64,000 nt of DNA, taken from NCBI RefSeq assembly GCF_006345805.1, contig NC_042997.1:110360001-110424000 (forward strand), given 5' to 3'. Under the pieces are notes generated by a model. That model searched no databases. It had not been told where the DNA came from and worked only from the letters and a program-made list of their open reading frames with translations. Made by a program: the position numbers and the translations under genes. The stretch is from Octopus sinensis (Eukaryota). Positions 33,820-46,959 of the stretch are shown here, piece after piece. Numbering within the stretch: position 1 is the stretch's first letter; each line of letters starts with the position of its first letter.

Positions 33820-34560
33820 AGAATGAATTATTCCACACAAAGACAATTTAGATCAGGGATGGGCAACTTTTCGTCAACTGGGGGCCACATCGTACCATTT
33901 CCAAGTGGAGAGAGGGCCACATCGTACCATTTCCAAGTGGAGAGAGGGCCACATGGTAAAACACATATGCATGAAATATCACTTGCCAACTTTACACTGA
34001 ATTCTTTGCAGTTCTTAATTTTATTTGTCTCAGTATGAAATTAATAACCTAGACATTCGTCGAGGACCACAGGTTGCCCATGCACGATTTAGATGCAGTG
34101 TCCAGGTTAGGGAAGACAAGCGTTACGAGATGCTGGTTGGAAGACTGCAGAGATGCTGGTTGGAGTGAAGTAGACTTTCCTGTAGAAGTTGGATGGTGGG
34201 GTTTTATTGGGACCAGACTGAGACGATGGCTGCTATCAACCGGTGTCCAATATTATTAGCAAGCAAACAGAATCTTGAAACAAGATCAGGCAACAGGTGA
34301 GAGGACCAATCATTAGACATGGCTGAAAAGGAATGGCAAAACCTGGATGGAGAGGTGATGATCCCGAATTGAACTGGAAACCAAGTACTAGTCAGCCAAA
34401 ACAGCAAGGTGGAGGCCTCACATCAGTGGGGGGTTTGCAATAAAGCTGTTAAGAAGGCTCCTGAACAGCATGAATTGTTTACTCATGACCTCCCAAACCT
34501 CCTGGCATCCTGTATGCAGGATTTTCAAATGACTTCACTAGCAAGCTCTTTCTAACTCCC
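33820..34560 (+). mobile_element. RLE-type non-LTR retrotransposon 3' fragment (HERO/NeSL-like), interrupted by the hAT MITE
   Basis: EDCRDAGWSEVDFPVEVGWWGFIG...TWLKR resembles the RLE C-terminus CRxxGW..FPVEVGCRGF...WLKR. Confidence 0.55.
33854..34086. mobile_element. hAT-type MITE
   Basis: TIR cagggatgggcaac / gttgcccatgcacg, with a perfect 8-bp TSD atttagat on both sides. Confidence 0.8.
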
Positions 34561-35075
34561 TAATCTCCCTTACATTAGCTATTTGGACACGCAGGGTGTG
34601 AGAGTGTGAGGAGGAAGATGAACAATGACAGAGATGGATGTGAGAGGTAGATGAGGGTGGCCCATAGTGAAGAAGGTGACAAACACTGAAGGTGGCATCA
34701 ACAGCACAAAAAAAAAATGGGGTGTTGAGAATGACAGCAAATATGAGAGGGGGCTAATGATGAGGTGTGACAGGATTTAAAATAGAAAAACAAAAAAGCA
34801 AAGAATCTCTGGTTCAAGTTTTGACCATTTACCTCACAGTCGGAGGTGGTTTAATTAAACCAATCAATAAGAATTTGTTAAATTAGAAAAATGATAACGG
34901 TCTCAAAGTAATGTGAATGAGTAACATATTTCCCCTGAGGAGAATTAAGAAAACATCTGAATCTATTTCAATCACAAAATTAAGCCAACCCATGAGTTGC
35001 ATTCATTAAGATCTCCCCACGATACCCTAACCTTCAAAAACAAATGTCAAGCTAGTTTTATAAAACAAAATTAAG

Positions 35076-35519
35076 GGTAAATTTCTGTATTAACACCCGC
35101 ATGATTTTCACTAAGAAAAAAAAAAAAAAACTTGGATTTTTTGCATGGAATCAAATACCCTGACCTCCTAATATGCTGCAAATCCCTTATTTTGGTTTGA
35201 GAAAAAAAAGGGGGGGGGGGGCAATTCCCCCTTTTTTCGTGTGGGTGAAAAGATCAATGGGTATGGGGGTGAAATTTCCGAGGCTTCCACCTCACACCAC
35301 CCCGTTTTTTGGGCCCCAAAAAGAGTTTTGTAGGTCACAGGAATTCACTCAACAAAAAAAAAAATTTCCAATGATTCCAGTATGGTCCCCACCCACTTTT
35401 CCGAACCAAAATAGGGGATTAGCAGCATGTTGGGAGGTTAGGGTACTTGATTCCACACAAAAAATCCGAGTTTTTTTTTCTTAGTGAAAATCGTGCAGGT
35501 GTTAATATAAAAATTTACC
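35076..35519. mobile_element. MITE with about 130-bp TIRs and 8-bp TSD (Merlin- or Mutator-like)
   Basis: TIRs begin GGTAAATTT; TSD aaattaag at 35068-35075 and 35520-35527. Confidence 0.75.
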
Positions 35520-36739
35520 AAATTAAGTACTCTAGTGTGGAGGCATGTGGATCAGTGGTTACAGTGTCAAACTCATGATCATAAGATCATGGTTTCAATT
35601 CTTGCACAGGGCTACATGTTAAGTTCTTAAGCAAAATACTTCATTTCACGTTGCTCCAGTCCACTCAACTGGTAAAAGTGAGTAATCCTGCAATGGACTA
35701 GCATCCCATCCAGGGAGAAAATATATCAGAGTCACAGAAACTGGCCCCATGGGTTTTTATGACTTGAGAAGGATCTTTATCCTTTCATCCTATATTAGCT
35801 GCTCGACAATCCCCTGCTGTTTATACCTGGATTAAAAGATTAAACCCTTTAATCTAGGACAGGAGTGGAAAAACTCTTTAGTGTAGCAAGCAAAACTTTC
35901 CAAACAAAAAGGTCCATGGGCGGACCACAAGTTCTAACTCTTACATCTGCGTAAATTTTGTATATATCACCATCATCATCATCATTATCGTCATAGTTTA
36001 ATGTCCGCTAGAGTGTAGTTGGGTCTCAAGCGGGTGGTACAAACCTAGCAATATGTGTTTTATAGTGAAAACAAAATTTCCATTCAAATGGCAATTACCA
36101 GACAATTTTCTGTTCGATTCTAACTGTTTTAAGTCGTAGTAGAAATGTGACCTATGTCGCAAATAGGCATACGAATATTGTATAAATTTCATAATTGAAA
36201 AATTTACTCTATTTTGTATATACGAGTATATGTGAATGCAGGCACAATAAAATGGGCTTGCATCCACAGGTGGGGGTTTCCCCACCCCTGATCTAGAGTA
36301 AACCCCATTTAGCTTAAATCTATAAAAGACTTACATATAGATATTAAAATTATCTCTATGGATTTTCCATAGAAATTAGAGCCAGCACTGAAAGTTACAC
36401 TGTTTTGTATATGAATACATCTATATAAACAATGTGATTGCAGATAGAACAACAGGTAATGGATGTATATACATATTTCAAGAGTTCTTGCTCTTTCGTC
36501 AGTGCCACATCCAACCCATTAATTATCCACGAAACTCATTGCTTAAATGAACCACTAAATTGCTGGCAACTGGTACCTGCATATCAATTGCTGGCAGGGA
36601 CACCGCATTTCATTGTGCAACCCTAACATACTCCCAAGTATACAAAGGGCTTTTGAGTCAATGCTCTTCCCAAACAGGAGGCCATAAAAAATGATTTAGA
36701 AGTATTTTGCAACACATACACTCGTCATGTATTTTTTAC

Positions 36740-36930
36740 CTTTTTGAATTCCGTCAAAACTAAGTCAGCATCTGAATCAGTGAAATGTCGACAGAGGAAA
36801 AGACGCAGTTTATCATAGAAGTGCGAAGACTGTGCAGTTGAGCTGGGACTTGGTGTTTCATCAGATTTCTTTGTTACCAAAAACACTTTTCCATTTTCAG
36901 GAATCTGATAGGAATTGATGGTTTTCTCAT
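36740..36930 (-). CDS. UBL4A: UBL4A exon 3 (191 nt)
   Basis: ctaattcag|ATGAG...AAAAAG|gtaaaa. Encodes DEKTINSYQIPENGKVFLVTK...LCRHFTDSDADLVLTEFKK (compare human LARHFSAADASRVLEQLQR). Phase 1 to 0. Confidence 0.88.
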
Positions 36931-39699
36931 CTGAATTAGAAGAAATAAGAGAATGTATACATTAATTCTAAGATTTGGTTTCTTGAAAAGAAGGCGGGGG
37001 GTAGAAAATTCATATGCTCCCCCTCCCCAAGGAAATCAATTTTCATTACTTGATCTCAAATTTACAGTGGTTATGGTAAGACAGATGTATATTAGTGGTA
37101 AAATTAGCAGTGCTCCAGCATGGCCGCAGTCAAATGACTGAAACAAGTAAAAGAATAAAAGAGAGAGTAACTGAAGTTCACAACAATGGCAACATCACCA
37201 TCTTTTCATGCCGACATCCATGTTGAACATAGCGGAATATTAGTAACTATGGTAACATCATCGTCATCATTTAACATCCATGTCTGATGCTGGCATGGGT
37301 TGGAGGGTTTGACAAGCACTGCATCGTAGTCCAATGTCTGCTTTGGCATGTTTTCTAAAGCTGGATGCCTTTCCTAATGCCCACCACATTACGAAATATG
37401 TATTGGGTGCTTTTTTCATGGCACCAGCACTAGTGAGGTTGTCAAGTAATTTGCAAGGCAGAAAAGAATTAGAAAAAGAAAAGAACCCCATCACTGAGAG
37501 AGTAGGGTGTTTGGGAAAGGTGTTGAAAAGCTAAAGTATGAAGGAGGGACATGAACGGGAGTCAGAAGATACATGACTACCCCATATTACATAAGGGTGG
37601 ATGGCAGTAGCAGGGAAGAAGATAATGATAGTAATAGAGTGCCACCAGAGCAAACCCTTAAGGTACAAGAAGGTGAGCATAAGAAAGGATACAGACAGTT
37701 GGTGATGGGAAGGGAGGAGAGAGTGGATGCTATCATGAGAGTGTAGGGGGAGAGTAACAGATGGTTAAAGATGAAGGTAAAGGTGAATGTAGGGGGTGGT
37801 GAACAAGGGTGAAAGGTGGCTGATGAGAAATATCAGTAGGGAGAGGAGGTAGGGTAAGAGATAGAAATGGCTCAGGAAGGAGGATAGACCAAAGGGTGGG
37901 GGGATGATGTGTAGGATGTGGGAGTGGCAGAGAGAGAGAGAGACAGAGACACATGTAAAGGTACATAAGACTGACTATGGTGAGTAGAGTGTGGTGGGAG
38001 ATACAAGAAGGCATAAAAAAGGTGGCGAGCTGGCAGAAACGTTAGCACGCCGGGCGAAATGCTTAGCAGTATTTTGTCTGCCATTACATTCTGAGTTCAA
38101 ACTCCGCCGGGGTCTTCTCTGCCTTTCATCCTTTTGGGATCGATAAATTAAGTACCAGTTACGCACTGTGGTCGATGTAATCGACTTAATCCGTTTGTCT
38201 GTCCTTGTTTGTCCCCTCTATGTTTAGCCCCTTGTGGGCAGTAAAGAAATAAGATATAAGAAGGCACTGGGAATGACAGTGGATATGCAAGGGGTTCAGA
38301 CTGAGGATGGTAGAGGAGAGAGAGAGAGATAACTGAAGGGATAGAGAGGAAGAGAATGATGAAAATAGTGTGATATGGAAGTGGTTTCAAAGGGGGTGGA
38401 GAGGAGGTAACTGGTTGTACATAGAAGCCAATTCTGCTCTCAAGTGATTACAGCCGGCCAAGCAGAGCTTTAGATTGAGGGAGTTCTGGGTTTCAGGGGA
38501 ATGAGATCTGGGGAGTGCTTGACTAGGTAGAATGAGTGTGCAGGGCAGGGCCCAGGATGCACAAGAATAAACAAAATGCTTTTAGGGTCTTGTTTTTGTT
38601 GTGATGGGTGGGTCTTCTCAAGCATAGCGAATTACCAATTATCTCAGTCCATTGTCATCTCCATCAAACTCAGCCTCTTGAGATCAACGTTCACTACTTT
38701 GTCCCATGTCTTCCTGGCTGTCCCTCGTCCATAAGTCACATCCATTTTTAAGCAACTGGAACTTCTTCATGCAGCTATCATCCATACACACTGAGTCAAG
38801 TAAAATCAAAAATGGAAATTGTAGTTGTGACCAATGCCAGTGCCACCTGACTGGCTCTTGTGCTGGTGGCATGCAATAAGCACCATTCATGCATGGGGTC
38901 ATTGCCAGAGCTGCCTGACTGGCTCCCTGTGCAGGTGGCATATAAAAAGCACCATCCAAACGTGGTCAATGCCAGCCCCCGCCCTGACTGGCTCCTGTAC
39001 CAGTAGCACATAAAAAGCACCATCTGAACGTAGCCGATGCCGGTCCCGCCTGATTGGCACCCGTGCTGGTAGCATGTAAAAAGCACCCACTACACTCACG
39101 GAGTTGTTGGCGTTAGGAAGGGCATCGAGCTGTAGAAACATTGCCAGATCAGATTAGAGCCTGGTGCGGCCTCCTGGTTTGCCAGTCCCCAGTCAAACCG
39201 TCCAACCCATGCCAGCATAGAAAACAGACGTTAAACGATGATCATCATCATCATCACTTGACTATACCAACACAGTCTTTTCTTCTGCACCCTACATCTG
39301 ATCCTTTTTATGCCCAGTTCTTCCTCTCAATACATTAGCACCTTGTCATACACACACACAGATATTACACATCCAGCAAAGCCTATTAACTAGTTCCATT
39401 CCTCTCTAGTCCTCACTTGTCCTCTGCATTCATAGCTCATATCTTACTACCATGTGGCACTGTTCTTCATATACAAGCATAGTACACTTTACTTTTCACT
39501 TAGAGAGAGACAGAGAGAAACCTTTTGTTGCCAATTGCTCCTTGAACTTTCTTCATACTATTTTTCATTCTAGTAACAATACTTCCAGAAAATCTTCCTC
39601 CACTGCTAATTGGTCATCTAGGCAACAGAGACTATCTACTTCCTCTACAGACCCTCCAACATATTCAACAAAACCTATTTCCTGTGTGTCCTTAACATT

Positions 39700-40330
39700 T
39701 ATTGCTCCTACACATCTTCCACACACAAACACTGCTTTCCCCATTAACCTTCTTGTGTTGTGATTTGTTCAATGCACCTCTTATGTCCATAGCTTGCACT
39801 GGATACACATGGAATTCATGCCTACACCTTTCCTACATGACAAGCAGAACCATTTACATGAAGGCAGTGGAATTTTGTCTGCTTTTCTGCTTACCAGAAC
39901 TTTGGTCTTTGCTATGTTAACTTTAAGGCTCTTTAATTCCAAGTCTTGCTTCCACATCTGGTGATTCTTCTCTAATTCTACCACAGATTCCACAATGGGA
40001 ATGAGGTCACCGGTCTATAGTAGTTTCCAAAGGCAGCCAGTCTTAAATTCCTCTATTATGGTCTGGAGGACAATGATTAATAGGAGTCTAAGAATGAAGC
40101 CCTGGTGAACTCCTGCCTGTACTCATGGTTGTTACCTTACTGAATCTACTCCCTGTACAGCTTCCACAAGCTAGTTTTCTTTTCCTAGCTTCCTCAGAGA
40201 TTACCAAATCACAGAGCGCATTTTGGGTACCTTCAGTAGACCTCACTCTATGGCAAGTATCAGGGCCAGGTGACCAGTTTGAAGATAACTTCCTCCTCCT
40301 ACCAGTCCCAGAAATGCTGTAAAGGGTCAT
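39700..40330 (-). mobile_element. RTE LINE RT fragments
   Basis: KVNIAKTKVL..WFCLSCRKGVG.NS..CIQCKLW and other RT-like pieces, heavily decayed. Confidence 0.6.
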
Positions 40331-40384
40331 AGGAACAGCCTTCCCTACTGACTAAAATATTAAAAGCAAGACAAAAAAATATTC

Positions 40385-40606
40385 GTAGTAAAGATTGTTT
40401 GCCAACATAACATGGCAGTCCTGGTTTAGGATGAATGTTGCTGTAATTTAGCCCCAGGAGACATGCTAGATTCCCTTGTTCGAGAAGATAAGGACACAGA
40501 TCGTGTGGTATAGCCAGCTGGAGACAATGTCTCCTGGGGCTAAATTACAGCAACATTAGTCCTAAACCAGGGCAGCCATGTTATGTTGGCAAACAATCTT
40601 TACTAC
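40385..40606. mobile_element. Foldback/MITE with about 80-bp inverted arms
   Basis: gtagtaaagattgtttgccaacataacatgg...ggagaca is mirrored by tgtctcc...ccatgttatgttggcaaacaatctttactac. Confidence 0.7.
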
Positions 40607-40747
40607 AAAGTACTGTTGCTGAAAATATTTCACGTTGTGAGATTTAAAAATAGTAATTTTCTACAAAAATATTCTAAATATCTTTTAGTCATTAAATACT
40701 AAACTGGAACAAGAGCTTCAAAAAAAAAAAAAAGGAAGTGAATGTAC

Positions 40748-40853
40748 CCGATAGATTTTTGCCTTGATAAACCAACTTTTGTTGTCCGACAGGTATATCC
40801 ATCTGTACAGCTATCAACTCTTTCAGTTTCTGTATGGAGTCTGAGGGAGAAAT
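40748..40853 (-). CDS. UBL4A: UBL4A exon 2 (106 nt)
   Basis: cttatttcag|ATT...TCGG|gtacat. Encodes ISPSDSIQKLKELIAVQMDIPVGQQKLVYQGKNLS, a ubiquitin-fold segment. Phase 0 to 1. Confidence 0.88.
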
Positions 40854-41083
40854 CTGAAATAAGATACAAACAAAAATTACAAAAATAATGTCTCAATAAT
40901 AAGTATTCCTCTAACTGATGCTGGCATGGAAAACAGATGCACATGAAAGAAATGGAAAAAAAAAACTGTAGGGAATACATACCATATTTGCTAGCATAAA
41001 TAAGACACACCCCTATTTTACAAGGATATTTCATGGAGAAAATGTAGTAGGTTTCATCAGAAACTTACTGAATGATATTTTAA

Positions 41084-41305
41084 CCCTTTTATTACCATAT
41101 TTCTGTTGAGATTCTCTGTGTTTCTTTCAATTAATTTTATATATAACAAAGAATTTAGTAAAATAACTTAGTTATCATTAAGCTAGTGTTAGGAACATTA
41201 ATTGTGACTAAGGTTTGGAGAAAGATTTTAATTCAGATCTTTTGAAAACAAGACATTTGTACTACAGAGCCAGAATCAATTTCAGCCGGGTTGGTAACAA
41301 AAGGG
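41084..41305. mobile_element. piggyBac-like MITE (copy 3)
   Basis: TTAA / CTAA flanks; homologous to 19088-19308. Confidence 0.7.
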
Positions 41306-44300
41306 CTAAAGTGGTTTTGAAGGGAACAATGTAAGATGATCTAAATACTTTATTCTGACAGAATACTTGAAAAAAACACGAAACCATAAATTGATCTTAA
41401 ATAAATTCTGATAAGAAAGTACTGTAGTTCAATTTCATTTCCTTTCAGTTCACCTGTGTGGTTGTTTTATGTTTTGGTAAAGAGAACTGCCATACAAGAT
41501 CTGATGGTTTTATGTAACCAGGCACCAAGTTGGTGCACCACTTCTATGATTTTGTTGTCATTTGGTCATTGTAAATAGCTGACGGGTACCACATGGAAAG
41601 TACCCAGTACACTTTGTAAAGCGGTTGGCATTAGGAAGGGCATCCAGTTGTAAAAACCATACCAAAACAGAGATGGAGGCTGGTGCAGTTCCTAACCATC
41701 CAACCCAGCATGGAAAATGGTCGTTGATGGTGATGATTCACCTTTCTTGGAGAATTTTTAATTTAGATTACTAAGAAAATGTTTCTTAAAGATAACACAG
41801 CCTGTAAATAATGTAAGACATATTTCGGGTACATGTTATGTATCCTGGAGAAGAAGGTATAAGAAAATTATGTATCTTGCCAACATAACTGCCAAAGTAC
41901 TGTAAGCAACGTTTTGTAAGTTTATGCCAAGAGATTGCAATATTTTTACTAGTTTCCAATATTTTATTCTTAGTAACAATTATTTTATCCACTGGACTTA
42001 TGCTTATCCGGCTCCCTAACCTATGGCACTCAGTTTCCCATCCATAATATGGCTATATTAAATGCTGGGCAATTTTGGGATAGATTTAAAATTAAAAGAA
42101 GCATATTATATCTTGCTGGTAAATACAGATTGTAAAATTAAGTCAACATTATTATTTAATGTCCCATCTTCCATGTTGGCATGGATTGGAGTTGTTTGAG
42201 AAGAGCTGGTAAGCCTGAGAACTGCACCAAGTACCACTGTCTACTTTGACATGGTTTCTATGGCTGGATGCTCTTCCTAACACCAACGACTTTACAGAAC
42301 ATACCGGGTGCTTTTTACATGGCACCAGCACTAATGAGATCATCAAGTACCTACAAGGCAAAGAAAGATCCCTCAACCAAGAGGAAGAGTGGTATTGAAG
42401 GAGGTAGCTTTGTGCCAGGTGATGAGAGGTTTGGCTGTAAAAACCTTACTAAACCTGACCTCACCTGTGCTTGTGTCACGTAAAAAGCACTAAGTCCACT
42501 CTGCTGAGTGGTTGGTGTTAGAAAGGGCATCCAGCTGTAAAAATCCTGCCAAAACAGTCACAGAAGTCTGGTGTAGGCTTCTGCCTGGTCGGCTCTTGTC
42601 AAACCATCCCACCCACACCAGCATGGAAGGTGGACATTAAAGAATGATGAACAATGACAGTTTTAATTATATGTTTTGCAGAAAGCAACCAGCTACAAGA
42701 TGACAAGAACAAGTATTTTCACTGTGATATAATCATAAGCTGGTATCTCTTTTCCAGTTAGGCTGGCTTACGTGACAGCAGAGAAGATCACAGCTGAGGT
42801 CAATGTCATCATCATCCTTTAACGTCCATTTTTCTCTGCTGGCATGGGTTGGACAGTTTGACAGGAGCTGGTAAGGCCAAGGGCTGCACCAGGCTGCATT
42901 TGTCTGCTTTGGCATGGTTTCTACAGCTGGACACCCTTCCTAACACCAACCACTTTACAGAGTGTACTGGGTGCTTTTTATGTGACACCCTCATCAGTGC
43001 TTTTTACATGGCACCCACACTAACAGGATCACCAAATACCTTGAAAGACAAGAACTTCTTACCTGAGAATGGGCAGTAGTATTGAGGGGGGGGGTTGTGC
43101 TAGTGAAAGATGTAAAATACAGGTGTCTAGCCAAAAGCGTAACATCATTTATAATTACTAATCTATTGTGATTCCAACTGAGTTGTAGACACACTTGTGG
43201 AATGACCAAACAAATCTAATTCCAATGTAAAACCCTGAATGTTTTAACTGACCAAAATGACACTCAACTGCATACATTTTAACATCCACTTTTCCATGCT
43301 TGCATGGGTTGGATGGACGTCACTGAAGTAGAATGCTTATGTCTGGATGCCCTTCCTGTCACCAACTTTCACCTGTTTCCAAGATAATATTTCTCCACAG
43401 TTGGACATGTTTCCACGTAAGATTGCAGAACACCACTTGTTTGATGATGATACTCATTTACAATCATCACATGATCTCAAGGCAAGTGGGATGGGGGACA
43501 CACACACAAATATCATCATCAGCATAATATTCACTTCTCCATGATTGCATTGTTTTGGACTGAGCTAACTGGGGTTTCTACAACCAGAAGCTTTCCTGTT
43601 GCAAACCCTCACCAGGTTCCAAGCAAGATATTTTCCCACCGTGACCAGACACGTTTTCACTGAATACTGGAAATAAATGACATTGTTGTATCACATGATT
43701 TCAAGACAAGGGGACACACACATGCACACATACATATCAGCACCATTTAATGTCCATTTTCCATGCTGGCATGGGTTGGATGATTTGACAGGAGCTGGCA
43801 AGGCCGGAGGGCTACACCAGGCTCCAATCCTGTTTTGACATGGTTTCAATGGCTGGATGCCCTTCCTAATGCCAACTACTTTACAGAATGTATTGAGTGG
43901 CACACACACACATATACACAAAACACTCTTCTTTCAGTTTCTGTCTACCAAATCCACTCACAAGGCTTTGGTTGACCTAGGACTATAATAGAAGACACTT
44001 GCCCAAGGTGCTACACAGTGGGACTGAACCTGAGACCACATGTTTCATCATCATCATCATCGTTTAACGTCCGTTTTCCATGGTAGCATGGGTTGGACGG
44101 TTCGACCGGGGTCTGGGAAGCCAGAGGCTGCACCAGGCTCCAGCCTGATCTGGCAGTGTTTCTACAGCTGGATGCCCTTCCTAACGTCAACCACTCCGTG
44201 AGTGTAGTAGGTGCTTTTTACGTGCCACCGGCACAGGTGTCAAGGAAGGCTGGCAGCGGCCATGATTGGTTTTATGTGCCACCGGCACAGAAGCCAGTCA

Positions 44301-45745
44301 AGGCAGCACTGGCATCGGCCACGTTCAGATGGCGCTTTTTACATGCCACCAGCACAGGTATCACAACTACAATTTCCATTTGATATTATTTTGATGTTTG
44401 GAAAGCAAAAATCCGGTTTGATTCATAAATCTATCCAACAGCGAGGATCTTACAACAGTAAATATTCATCAGTGATAATATGTCAACCAGAAATGTTGGC
44501 ACCCATGCTGGTGGTACATAAAAAGCACCATTTAAGCATGGTCATTGCCAGTGCCGCCTGACTGGCGCCCATACTGGTAGCATGTAAAAAGCACTATTCG
44601 AGTATGGTCGATGCTAGTACTACCTGACTGGCCCTCATGCCAGTGGCACGTAAAAAGCACCCACTACGCTCTTGGAGTGGTTGGCATTAGGGAGGGCATC
44701 CAGCTGTAGAAACATTGCCAGGTCAGTCTGGAACCTGGTGCAGCCTTCTGGCTTGTCAGTCCTCAGTCAAAACTGTCCAGCCCATGCCAGCATGGAAAGC
44801 AGACGTTAAACGACGACGATGATGATGTTCTGGTACTAAACATGTGTAGCTGAGTCTAGTCTGACTTGGCCATTTATAAAGCCATCTCTTACTCATGCAT
44901 TGTGTATCTAGGACTACATTATTCAATGTAGACCTTGATAATTAAAAAATAGGAGGATGTATGAATCGTGGGAGATATTTTAGTGCAGATGGAGGGGCCA
45001 TGTAGAGCAACAACAGATTTATAAAAGTGGTTCTGAATCTTTTTTTTTTACCTCTGGACCCCGAGGACCCTCAGAGCCATCTGGTGTTTTTTCAACTGCC
45101 ATTATGTTTGTGTTACTAATTATTATTAAGAGTTGTACAAAAATTGTTAAAATATTTTATGTTTTGTAACCGATTTATCGCATGTACATTTTAGCAACAA
45201 AATCTTATAAGGATCCCCGAGGGTCAGAGGGAGCCCCTTGAGAACTTATTGGTTTATAAGATGGGTTGGTTAGTGCAAAAAGGACCAGTGAGGCTGAAGG
45301 TGGAGATGAAGAAGTAACACCAGGGACGACAAGATGAAAGGTGGGACTAATAATTACAAACGACCAACTTAATAATATAAGGGGATTCACGCCCATGCTG
45401 TAGCAATGATAACAGGGGTATCAATTGTCTCCCTTTAAATAGGTATGTTTACTAAATAGTGAATAACTGTGATGTTACCACCTGACCCAGGTGTCAGAGA
45501 AGATGTAGAGTTTAAACAAAGAGATGCTAATGAATTAGTTTTCAATGACGTTCTGAATAAGAATGTGTCGACAACGGGCAAGTTAGCAAATTTAAAAATG
45601 GAAAATTCAGTGAGTGTGTATAAGCGAAGTTGACGTCAGGAGAAGACGAACTGAAAAATAAACAGATATAGCCATAAGGGGGGGGGAGGGGCATCGTGTA
45701 TGTGTGCACGTGAGTGTTTGTATGTATGTGTGTGTATATATATGG

Positions 45746-45970
45746 TACTACTTGAAAAGTGGTCCCGGTGCGCGCACTCGCATAGTCGCGCATCCGCGCT
45801 AGCTAGTCGTGACTAGTCGATCCTACGACTACCTAGCAAAGTAAATAAAACACAAAATATTTTTTTTACACAAAGTAAATAACACAAAAACACAAAGTAA
45901 GGATCGACTAGTCATGACTAGCTAGCGCGGATGCGCGAGTGCCCGCACCGGGACCACTGTTCTCAAGTAG

Positions 45971-45972
<2 letters not shown>
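45746..45972. mobile_element. CpG-rich palindromic MITE in TA context
   Basis: About 75-bp arms tactacttga..gtggtcccggtgcg...gactagtcgatcct, with an A-rich spacer. Confidence 0.7.
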
Positions 45973-46008
<36 letters not shown>

Positions 46009-46911
46009 ATATATATATGCATACAAACACGCGGAAAGAAAAGTGGAGAGAGATGGAGGTTGAGGCTTTACACTATTGTGTGTGTGTGTGAGTATTGTGG
46101 TAAATAAAAACATGTAATAAACACACAAGCAGATATCGATAACTTTCCTGTTGCCTGCAACAAAAATTTAATATTTACGAAAGGATTAGTAAACAAACTA
46201 CTACACTGGTGTGACGGGTGGAATAGTCCTAAAAATCAAATAAATATACACCTAGGTTCAACAAAACACCATATTTCGCTACATACGTATATGAGAGAGA
46301 TGAGTGTACAAAATCTGATGTTTGTTGTAAATATTAAATTGTTGATTCATTCGGTTCGTTTTATGGAAACTTTAGTTGAGGGTGGAAGGATGGAGAATAT
46401 TAAAACAAGTCATTAGAATGACTATTCCAAGTTGAAAAATAAATCGCTTCGATCTGTTGAAAGATATTTAAAATCGAAAAATTACATTGTTACCAATAAT
46501 TAATGGGTGTGTATATCGTGTATACACACAGCACACACATTAGATATATATATATATGTATGTATATATAATACTGCGGGGTTTCGTTTTTTAACAACAA
46601 ACTTAGATTTTAGTCAGTGAAATTCTCACAGAATTAATCATTTGGACGTGAAACGAAAATATTTTATTATGTAAATAGTTTGAGAAAATTTACAGTAAAA
46701 GAAAGTGAATTTATCAGGATGTCAGTATGTGGATGCGTGTTGTGAATTTATCTGTGTTTTAAAATTCAACAATGTCATAAGTTACGACTGTTAAAAGAAA
46801 CATATTTGATTATATTCATAAATACTTTTATATACATAAATACTTATATACATAGATATGAATAAAAGAGAGAGACAGAGAGAGAGATGTAAAACAAAGA
46901 AATATATTTAC

Positions 46912-46959
46912 CTTCACTGTACATTCTCGACCTTTCAATATTTTAACATTGATATTCAT
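46912..46959 (-). CDS. UBL4A: UBL4A first coding exon (48 nt)
   Basis: aaccATG...AAG|gtaaat. Encodes MNINVKILKGRECTVK (compare human MQLTVKALQGRECSLQ). The four exons total 441 nt = 146 aa + stop. Confidence 0.87.

Noticed and set aside
45400-45490. Possible C/D snoRNA in UBL4A intron 1
   Set aside because: The C box is imperfect and there is no terminal stem.
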